Origin: Candidatus Omnitrophota bacterium
GTDB taxonomy: Bacteria > Omnitrophota > Omnitrophia > Omnitrophales > JACQQS01
DNA: 64,000 nt
Assembly: GCA_016206925.1 (NCBI GenBank)
Contig: JACQQS010000052.1
Coordinates: 208-64,207, forward strand
Direction of reading: 5' to 3'
Below the pieces are notes generated by a model. That model made no database searches. It worked only from the letters and a program-made list of their open reading frames with translations, and was not told the origin of the DNA. Both the position numbers and the translations under genes were made by a program. This document shows, one piece after another, positions 1 to 7,162 of this stretch (its first letter is position 1; each line of letters starts with the position of its first letter).

Positions 1-41
1 CATTCTTCCGCGTAGCCGCTTTCAGCAATTGGCTTCTCGGT

Positions 42-368
42 ATGTCGACCATTTTTCACAAAGCCCAATTTGCCGCTTTCGGGCTGGAGCCGGTCAATTA
101 CCCTACGCTAATTATTTTTATGGGAATGCTAGGCGCTGTTCTTGGCATCCTTTATTGGGATATCGCCGAGGGACGGCAGGAACATCGCCTGGCATTGCTT
201 AGGATCGGTGTCATGGGAAAAGCAGGCGGATCCATTATCTGGCTGGCCGGACTGGTTACGGGTGATTTGCCCCCCATTTTCTGGTTTTACGCGATCTGGG
301 CCGATATCATCTGGCTCCCCGGTTTCGTTTACTTTTATGTTGTGCTCATGCGTGAAAGCCGGGCTTAA
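42..368 (+). CDS. hypothetical integral membrane protein (108 aa)
   Basis: Intact ORF in the track. Hydrophobic stretches LIIFMGMLGAVLGILYW, GGSIIWLAGLV and IWLPGFVYFYVVL. No family recognised. Confidence 0.45.
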   Translation: MSTIFHKAQFAAFGLEPVNYPTLIIFMGMLGAVLGILYWDIAEGRQEHRLALLRIGVMGKAGGSIIWLAGLVTGDLPPIFWFYAIWADIIWLPGFVYFYVVLMRESRA

Positions 369-450
369 TATTTTTTTTCACAGGGGCATCTTGTGCAAGT
401 AGAAATTAGCTGTCTCGCTGCATTTCCAGTTTTCCTAGGAATCTCACACC

Positions 451-696
451 ATGTTGCCGCAGAATAATCTGCGCCCGCCGGGCTGGTATTTCAAATTTTG
501 GGGAATGGTGCTGTTATTAATCCTTTTCGGGCCGCTCGCATTTCCTTTTCTCTGGGCTTCCAAGACGATTTCAAGACGTTGGAAGTTAATGCTCACCGTT
601 TTCTTCACCGCCGCAACGGTCTGGGTTGTCGGCGCTTCCATTAATGTTTACAAGGAAGTGCTCCAAGACTTACGCGAGGCCGGTTTGATGCGATGA
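451..696 (+). CDS. small membrane protein (81 aa)
   Basis: ORF with two hydrophobic helices (WGMVLLLILFGPLAFPFLW, LMLTVFFTAATVWVVGA). Its stop overlaps the next start (ATGA at 693-696), suggesting translational coupling. Confidence 0.45.
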   Translation: MLPQNNLRPPGWYFKFWGMVLLLILFGPLAFPFLWASKTISRRWKLMLTVFFTAATVWVVGASINVYKEVLQDLREAGLMR

Positions 697-2399
697 AAGT
701 ACTTGGCGTCGGAACCCCTTATCCGCATGACCCTTCGGCGGCCATCTACGTGGATGGCAAGCTGGTTGCAGCGGCGGAGGAAGAACGTTTTACCCGGGAA
801 AAACATGCCGAGTTTGATCTAACAGTGCATTCCGTTCGTTTCTGTCTAAAACAGGCGGGTCTTAAGCCGGACGATATCGACATCGTCGCTTTTCCCTGGT
901 CCTATGAATGGTACCAGGCGCGGCGCTGGAAATCCTTTCGAAGATTATTTTTCCCCTATATCTCGCGTGCCTTTAAGTCCGTCCTCAAGTCGGAAAAGGT
1001 GCGGAAGAATTCACTCGAGAAACTATACGGAACTTTAAAGGCAGCCGGATTTGATACGGAACGGGTGCGCGTAGAATTTGTTCCGCACCACATTGCGCAC
1101 GCTGCCGCAAGTTATTTCCCCTCGGGGTTTAAGCGCGCGGCTTTTATGTCCTTCGACGGGTCGGGAGAATTTACGGCAGGCATCCTGGGCACGGCGGAGG
1201 GAAAATCACTCCGTGTTGTGAAAGAGTGGATTTGGCCGGACTCGCTCGGCGCGCTCTACACAACATTTACGGAATATTGCGGATTCGAAAGAAACGAAGG
1301 CGAATACAAACTGATGGGCATGGCGCCGTTTGGAAAGACCGGAAAAATCGATTTTTCCGGCGTGGCGACGGTTGAGAAAGGCGATTTCAAAGTTCATTCC
1401 GGTTATTATCACGCGCCGCATCATGAGCGGTATCGTAACGGCATGAATATCAGCCGAAAGCTCGTCCGCCGCTGGGGGCCTCCGAGAGAAGGCGACGATC
1501 TTACGGAGCCTCATACGCATATCGCGTGCGAAACGCAGGAATTGTTTGAGAAAATTGCGATTCAGATGGTTGAATCGCATCTTAGCGATGAACTCAAATT
1601 GCACGGGAGGCTGTGTTTTTCAGGCGGCTGTGCTTTAAATGTCTCACTGAACAGGAAATTAATCAACCATCCGCTTATCAAGGAACTTTGGGTTGTTCCC
1701 GCGGCCGGTGATGCCGGCACGCCGCTTGGCGCCGCGGCTTACGTTGCGGCAGGGAGCGGCGATGAGATAGAACCTATGCGGCATCCCTATCTGGGGCCGG
1801 AATACAGTAATGAAGAGATTGAGTCAGCCATCAAAAAGAAATCGTTTTGTGCAAGAAAGGATACCGATATTTGCAGAACGGCAGCCGGGCTTCTTCAAAG
1901 AGGCGAAATCGTCGGCTGGTTTCAGGGCCGGATGGAATTCGGCCCGCGCGCTTTGGGCAACCGGAGCATTCTCGGCAATCCTACCGTTCGCGGAACGGCC
2001 GATCGCATAAACGCCATTGTAAAATTCCGGGAACAATGGCGGCCTTTTTGCCCCTCGCTTATTCGTGAGCTTGCGCCCGATTTTATTTTAAATAAGCACC
2101 CGTCACCTTTCATGACGTTTAGTTTCGAGGTAAATCCCGTTTGGCGGAGTAAAGTTCCGGAAGTGGTTCACGTTGACGGGACAGCCCGGCCGCAATATGT
2201 GAATCGCGACACCAATCCGCGATTTTATTCCTTGATCGAACATTTCCATCGCTTGAGCGGAGTGCCCATAGTTATCAATACATCTCTCAACCGGCGCGGC
2301 GAGCCCATGGCTTGCTCCCCCGACGATGCGCTTGACATGTTCGAAGGTTGTGGGCTAGGGTATCTTGCTTTAGGTGACTGGTTGGTTAGTAAAAAGTAG
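693..2399 (+). CDS. carbamoyltransferase (NodU/CmcH family)
   Basis: 568-aa ORF. The N-terminus HDPSAAIYVDGKLVAAAEEERFTREKH, FSGGCALN, and C-terminal HVDGTARPQ...INTSLNRRGEPM are typical of the family. Confidence 0.85.
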   Translation: MKVLGVGTPYPHDPSAAIYVDGKLVAAAEEERFTREKHAEFDLTVHSVRFCLKQAGLKPDDIDIVAFPWSYEWYQARRWKSFRRLFFPYISRAFKSVLKSEKVRKNSLEKLYGTLKAAGFDTERVRVEFVPHHIAHAAASYFPSGFKRAAFMSFDGSGEFTAGILGTAEGKSLRVVKEWIWPDSLGALYTTFTEYCGFERNEGEYKLMGMAPFGKTGKIDFSGVATVEKGDFKVHSGYYHAPHHERYRNGMNISRKLVRRWGPPREGDDLTEPHTHIACETQELFEKIAIQMVESHLSDELKLHGRLCFSGGCALNVSLNRKLINHPLIKELWVVPAAGDAGTPLGAAAYVAAGSGDEIEPMRHPYLGPEYSNEEIESAIKKKSFCARKDTDICRTAAGLLQRGEIVGWFQGRMEFGPRALGNRSILGNPTVRGTADRINAIVKFREQWRPFCPSLIRELAPDFILNKHPSPFMTFSFEVNPVWRSKVPEVVHVDGTARPQYVNRDTNPRFYSLIEHFHRLSGVPIVINTSLNRRGEPMACSPDDALDMFEGCGLGYLALGDWLVSKK

Positions 2400-2645
2400 C
2401 CAGTAGCCAGGGGCCAGTAGCCAGGCAAGTTGAGAAGTAATCAACATGCCAAGTGGATTAAAGAAGATATTGCCCCTGATGTGATATTAATGCTCAAGGA
2501 GTGAGAGGATAGCCATCAGCATTCTTGGTATGATGGCGTGATAATTGGGAATTTGACGATTAAGGGTTTTGTTGGTTTTCTTTATTTTGTTTCTTTTTTC
2601 CCGATTATTTCCCCCTTGCCCCTGGCTACTTGCTCGTGGCTACTT
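2395..2645. repeat. hairpin-armed intercistronic cassette A (heptad array AGTAGCC x4 plus complementary array 185 nt downstream)
   Basis: Left arm at 2395-2429: AGTAGCC AGTAGCC AGGGGCC AGTAGCC AGGCAAG. Right arm at 2615-2645: CTTGCCCCTGGCTACTTGCTCGTGGCTACTT. 2416-2425 pairs perfectly with 2621-2630. Confidence 0.7.
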
Positions 2646-2666
2646 CTAACCTAAGGAGGCCTTTAT

Positions 2667-3065
2667 ATGGCTGAAGTTAAGATGAGGAAACAACTCTCTG
2701 TGTTCTTATCCAACCGTCCCGGCGAGCTTAGCCGGCTTTGTGGAGTTCTGCGCGACAATAATGTAAATATGCAGGGCATTTCAGTACATGATGCGATTGA
2801 CCATTGCCTGGTCCGGATCGTGGTCGATAACCCTACCAAGGCAAGTTTGCTTCTGGAACGTGAGGAATGGCACGTGACGGAGCAAAACGTCGTTATGGTC
2901 AGCGTTATGAATGTACCGGGGGCACTCGGTAAGATTTCCCAGAAATTGGCCGAAGCGGACATTAACATTTGCTACGCGTATGCCTCCGCGCTTCCGGGCG
3001 CCGATGAGGCTATGATGATCTTAAACACGGACGCGAACGAACGCGCGGTGGAAGCTCTTCAATAA
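2667..3065 (+). CDS. ACT-domain (amino-acid-binding regulatory fold) protein
   Basis: 132 aa. Two ACT-like halves (LSVFLSNRPGELSRLCGVL..., VMVSVMNVPGALGKISQKLAEADINI). Strong SD AAGGAGG 8 nt upstream. Confidence 0.6.
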   Translation: MAEVKMRKQLSVFLSNRPGELSRLCGVLRDNNVNMQGISVHDAIDHCLVRIVVDNPTKASLLLEREEWHVTEQNVVMVSVMNVPGALGKISQKLAEADINICYAYASALPGADEAMMILNTDANERAVEALQ

Positions 3066-3068
3066 TTC

Positions 3069-4232
3069 ATGCAAGTTGCCATAGTAAAGGAAATCTCGGA
3101 TAACGAAATACGCGTGGCGGCTACACCCGAGACTGTCAAGAAATTTGTTGCCGCCGGTTTTTCGGTAGCCGTTCAAAGCGGTGCGGGGGAAGCATCCGCT
3201 GTTTCGGATTCCGATTACAAAACGGCGGGCGCTTCCGTTGAATCCGACGCGCGCTCGATTCTGGGCCAAAGCGATATTGTTCTTAAGGTTGAAAAGCCGG
3301 TCAAGAACACAGCGGCAGGAGCGCACGAAGCCGACTTAATTAAGGAAGGCGCGCTTTTAATCTGCTTTCTTCAGCCGCTAACGAATCATGAATTGGTCCA
3401 AAAGCTGGCCCGGAGAAACATTACCGCTTTTTCAATGGATGCGGTCCCGCGCATTGCTCGCGCTCAAAAACTCGATGCACTTTCTTCCCAGGCCAACGTT
3501 TCCGGATACAAAGCCGTTCTAGTGGCGGCCAACTTGCTCGGCAAAATGCTGCCCATGATGATTACGGCCGCGGGAACGATTTTGCCGGCGAAAGTTTTCG
3601 TCATCGGCGCGGGCGTGGCCGGTCTTCAAGCCATTGCTACGGCAAAACGCTTAGGCGCGGTTGTCGAGGCATTCGATACGCGTCCGGTCGTGAAAGAGCA
3701 GGTGGAAAGTCTCGGTGCAAAGTTTGTTCAGCTTGAAATCAAGCAGGAAACCGAAGATAAAAGCGGCTACGCCAAAGAGCTTTCTAAAGAGGATCACAGC
3801 CGCGAGCTTGAATTCATTGCAACCCACGCCAAGGTTGCCGACATCGTCATCACAACAGCGCAAATCCCCGGCAAACGGGCTCCTCAACTTATTACGGAAG
3901 AGACCGTGAAGAACATGCGCCGCGGTTCGGTCATTGTTGATTTGGCGGCAGAGGGCGGAGGAAATTGTACCCTGACCGAACCGGGCAAGGCTGTTCTCAA
4001 ACACGGCGTAACGATCGTCGGCACGCGGAATTTTCCAGCTCTGATGCCCGCCCAGTCAAGCCAGCTCTATGCGCGCAATATCGCCGGGCTTTTTTTTGAG
4101 ATCGTGAAGGACGGAAAGATTAATTTGGATTTGACGAACGAAGTTATCAAAGGTTCGTTAATTACGCACGGCGGGAAAATCGTTCACGAAGGAGTGGCGG
4201 GCGTGATAAATCACGCCCGTACGCTTGTGTAG
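3069..4232 (+). CDS. pntAA: NAD(P) transhydrogenase alpha subunit part 1
   Basis: 387 aa with the alanine-dehydrogenase/PNT fold. Rossmann motif VFVIGAGVAGLQAIATAKRLGA. Followed by the pntAB and pntB genes. Confidence 0.9.
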   Translation: MQVAIVKEISDNEIRVAATPETVKKFVAAGFSVAVQSGAGEASAVSDSDYKTAGASVESDARSILGQSDIVLKVEKPVKNTAAGAHEADLIKEGALLICFLQPLTNHELVQKLARRNITAFSMDAVPRIARAQKLDALSSQANVSGYKAVLVAANLLGKMLPMMITAAGTILPAKVFVIGAGVAGLQAIATAKRLGAVVEAFDTRPVVKEQVESLGAKFVQLEIKQETEDKSGYAKELSKEDHSRELEFIATHAKVADIVITTAQIPGKRAPQLITEETVKNMRRGSVIVDLAAEGGGNCTLTEPGKAVLKHGVTIVGTRNFPALMPAQSSQLYARNIAGLFFEIVKDGKINLDLTNEVIKGSLITHGGKIVHEGVAGVINHARTLV

Positions 4233-4252
4233 GGGCGCAATGCATTGCGCCC
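4233..4252. repeat. perfect 20-nt GC-rich palindrome GGGCGCAATGCATTGCGCCC directly after the pntAA stop
   Basis: Read directly: the 10+10 nt are self-complementary. It is preceded by GTAG, as in the related GC hairpins at 7127, 38774 and 42382. Confidence 0.8.
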
Positions 4253-4281
4253 GTTGTGAGTAATAAAGGAGGGAGATTGAT

Positions 4282-4560
4282 ATGGAGGCTATTCTCGTCG
4301 CATTTTTTATATTCGTATTGTCCTGTTTCATCGGGTTTGAGGTTATCTCGAAAATTCCCCCCACGTTGCACACGCCGCTTATGTCAGGTTCCAACGCGAT
4401 TTCTGGAATTACTATTGCTGGGGCGCTTCTCTGCGCGGGGCCGAAAGACATGAACGCTACTGCGATCCTGGGATGGGCCGCCATCATTTTTGCAATGATT
4501 AACGTGGTAGGCGGTTATTGGGTAACCGATCGCATGATGAGGATGTTTAAGAAGAAATGA
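4282..4560 (+). CDS. pntAB: NAD(P) transhydrogenase alpha subunit part 2 (membrane)
   Basis: 92 aa with three TM helices. Motif HTPLMSGSNAISGI. SD GGAGGGA upstream. Confidence 0.85.
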   Translation: MEAILVAFFIFVLSCFIGFEVISKIPPTLHTPLMSGSNAISGITIAGALLCAGPKDMNATAILGWAAIIFAMINVVGGYWVTDRMMRMFKKK

Positions 4561-4566
4561 CATGGA

Positions 4567-4663
4567 CGTCATCCCCGCGTAAGTGGGGATCTATAAATAA
4601 TAAGAAGAATGGATTCCCGCTGGAGCCTGCCCCCGAATGTCTCTATCGGGGGCGGGAATGACG
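4567..4663 (+). repeat. nested-hairpin REP/MITE-like element, copy 1 (97 bp)
   Basis: Termini are CGTCATCCCCG and CGGGAATGACG (11-bp inverted repeat, 1 mismatch). Internal hairpins are ATCCCC..GGGGAT and ATTCCCGC..GCGGGAAT. It is collinear with copy 2 at 58902-58991. Confidence 0.7.
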
Positions 4664-6049
4664 AATATCGACATGAACCTATTGGTTGATTTCTCCTATC
4701 TCATTTCCGCATGTCTTTTCATCGTTGGACTGAAACTGCAAAATCGGGTTAGGACAGCGCGCCGGGGAAACTTTCTTTCCGCCTTTGGAATGCTTCTCGC
4801 CATTGTCGTAACGTTATTGTTGCCCGAAGTCGTGAATTATTCCGTTATTTTTCTAATGTTGGCCATGGGTTCGGCAGTCGGGTTTTTGCTTGCGGTGAAC
4901 GTCCGGATGACGGCCATGCCGCAGATGGTAGCACTTTTAAACGGATTTGGCGGGTTGGCATCGGCGCTTGTGTCGAGCTCCGAATTTTTGCGTCAAGGTA
5001 CCGCTGCCGATACGATTTCTTTGGTTACCACGATGCTTGGCGTATTCGTGGGCGCGATTACGTTTACCGGCAGTGTCTTAGCTTATGCAAAACTGGAAGG
5101 ATGGGTCGAGCAGCAGCCCGTCACATTTCCATTGCAGCAAGTTTTAAACCTGATTTTAGCGTTGGCTTGTTTAGCTTTGGGCGTAATTCTTACCGGTGAT
5201 CGAAATGCCGCATGGGCTTTTTGGATGATCGCCATCATTTCATCCGTATTGGGCGTTTTGCTTGTCCTCCCGATCGGGGGAGCGGATATGCCGGTTGTGA
5301 TTTCGCTTTTGAATTCATATTCCGGAATTGCCGCCGCCATTACGGGATTCGTTCTGATGAATAAAGTTCTTATTGTTGCCGGCGCTTTGGTCGGCGCTTC
5401 CGGAATCATTCTTTGTCAGATCATGTGCCAGGCGATGAACCGGTCGCTCGTCAATGTGATGTTCGGCGGATTTGGAAAAGTTGAAGGAGGCACGGCAAGC
5501 AAAGATGGAGAATACACAAGCGTTAAAAGCTGTACGTCCGACGAAGCGGCGCTCGTTCTCGATGGCGCCCAGAACATCATTATCGTTCCCGGTTACGGTC
5601 TTGCAGCGGGACGGGCGCAGCATTCCATTCGCGAACTACAGAAACTGCTCGAGTCTAAGGGAGCTGCAGTTAAGTATGCCATTCATCCTGTTGCCGGCAG
5701 GATGCCTGGGCATATGAATATTCTCTTGGCCGAAGCGGAAGTCCCGTACGAGCAATTATACGAGATGAACGATATCAATCCCGAATTTGAGCAAGCCGAC
5801 GTCGCGCTTGTAGTCGGCGCAAACGATGTGACCAATCCCGTTGCCCGCACCGAGCGCGGGAGCCCCATTTACGGCATGCCGATTCTGGATGTCGACAAAG
5901 CACGCAGCGTAATTGTGATTAAGCGCAGCCTCAGCCCCGGATTCGCCGGAATCAAGAATCCCCTCTTTGAAAAAGAAAACACGATGATGTTTTTCGCCGA
6001 CGCCAAAGCCGGCATCGACTCCCTCGCCAAAGAGCTAAAAAATCTTTAA
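4659..6049 (+). CDS. pntB: NAD(P) transhydrogenase beta subunit
   Basis: dIII motifs GYGLAAGRAQH, YAIHPVAGRMPGHMN and VVGANDVTNP. The start is uncertain: the track ORF starts at 4637, inside the repeat element. The ATG at 4659 lies in the element's right terminus. The ATG at 4673 (MNLLVDFSYL) aligns best with known PntB N-termini. Confidence 0.88.
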
Positions 6050-6095
6050 TCACCTTGACCGTGCTTTCCGTAAGGCTATATAATTACGGCCACTT

Positions 6096-6677
6096 ATGAG
6101 TCACGCGGGAATTCTTGAACAACCTCGGACTGGAATAAGCAATGGCAAGCTGGCCATGTGGTTATTTCTTTGTTCGGAGGTCATGTTTTTCACCGGACTG
6201 ATCGGGGCTTACATTGTTCTCCGCATGTCCACGCCCGATTGGCCGACACCGTCCACCGTTTTAAATATCCCGCTTACCGCACTGAATACTTTTTTCCTTA
6301 TTTGCAGCAGCGTGACGATGGTCAACGCTTTCGCCGCGGCTACGGAAGGCCATCAAGCCGGCATCCGGAAATTTCTTTTTGCAACGTTTTTGATCGGGAG
6401 CCTGTTCCTATCCATTCAGATGTATGAATATCGCAAGTTAATTCATCATGGATTTGTAATCAGCGGTGGAATTTTTCCCTCCTGCTTTTACACCATGACA
6501 GGATTTCACGGCGCGCACGTGGCGGGCGGAGTGATTGCCATTTTTTGTTTGCTCATCCAGGCTTTTCGCGGAAAGTACGGCGCCGGGAATTACGCAGCGA
6601 TCGAGTATGTCGGCCTTTATTGGCACTTTGTAGATTTGGTTTGGATTATTTTATTCACGATTGTGTATTTAATCTAA
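6096..6677 (+). CDS. heme-copper oxidase subunit III-like protein
   Basis: 193 aa. Motifs GKLAMWLFLCSEVMFFTGLIGAYIV, GFHGAHVAGGV and YWHFVDLVWIILF. Confidence 0.8.
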   Translation: MSHAGILEQPRTGISNGKLAMWLFLCSEVMFFTGLIGAYIVLRMSTPDWPTPSTVLNIPLTALNTFFLICSSVTMVNAFAAATEGHQAGIRKFLFATFLIGSLFLSIQMYEYRKLIHHGFVISGGIFPSCFYTMTGFHGAHVAGGVIAIFCLLIQAFRGKYGAGNYAAIEYVGLYWHFVDLVWIILFTIVYLI

Positions 6678-6961
6678 TGTCGAACGCAGCAACCAAACAT
6701 CATCCGAATTACATCGCGGTATTTTGGGTTCTTTTAATTTTCACACTCCTCGAAGTCGGCATTGCCTATCTGCGTATCGCGAAATTGCCGATGGCGCTCA
6801 TTTTAATTTCGCTGGCCATGACAAAAGCCCTTCTGGTTGCCATGTTTTACATGCACCTCAAATTTGAGAAGCGTCTTCTTATTCTCATAGCGGTCTCGCC
6901 ATTCATTTTCGCGGTCATATTGACTTTGGCTTTAATGCCCGACATAGGAATTGGCCGTTAA
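6677..6961 (+). CDS. prokaryotic cytochrome oxidase subunit IV-like small membrane protein
   Basis: 94 aa from the internal ATG of track ORF 6545-6961 (MSNAATKHHPNYIAVFWVLLIFTLLEV...). Three TM helices. TAATG stop/start overlap with the subunit III gene. Confidence 0.6.
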   Translation: MSNAATKHHPNYIAVFWVLLIFTLLEVGIAYLRIAKLPMALILISLAMTKALLVAMFYMHLKFEKRLLILIAVSPFIFAVILTLALMPDIGIGR

Positions 6962-6980
6962 TCTCTAGATTCTCCTGCAT

Positions 6981-6996
6981 TGGCACGAAAATAGCA
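6981..6996 (+). promoter_or_regulatory. candidate sigma-54 promoter upstream of gltB
   Basis: TGGCACGAAAATAGCA against the consensus TGGCACG-N4-TTGCW. GG and GC are at the canonical 12-nt offset, with one mismatch in the -12 box. It lies 167 nt upstream of the gltB ATG. Confidence 0.45.
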
Positions 6997-7126
6997 CTGG
7001 CTTATAAGATAGTCTATGCTTGCGTTATCTCTAAGTTATTGCTTTGTTTTAGTTTATGATCGGTGTTGCTGATTTAACCTGGCTACTGTAAAATCAACTG
7101 CCGCGTAGACTTACAGCGGAATCATT

Positions 7127-7154
7127 TTAGGGGGCGCCCGGCAGGCGCCCCTAA
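7127..7154 (+). promoter_or_regulatory. GC-rich hairpin 9 nt upstream of the gltB start codon
   Basis: TTAGGGGGCGCC-CGGCA-GGCGCCCCTAA (11 bp plus a 1-nt bulge). There is no recognisable SD between the hairpin and the ATG at 7163. Confidence 0.5.
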
Positions 7155-7162
7155 CTGTAAAG

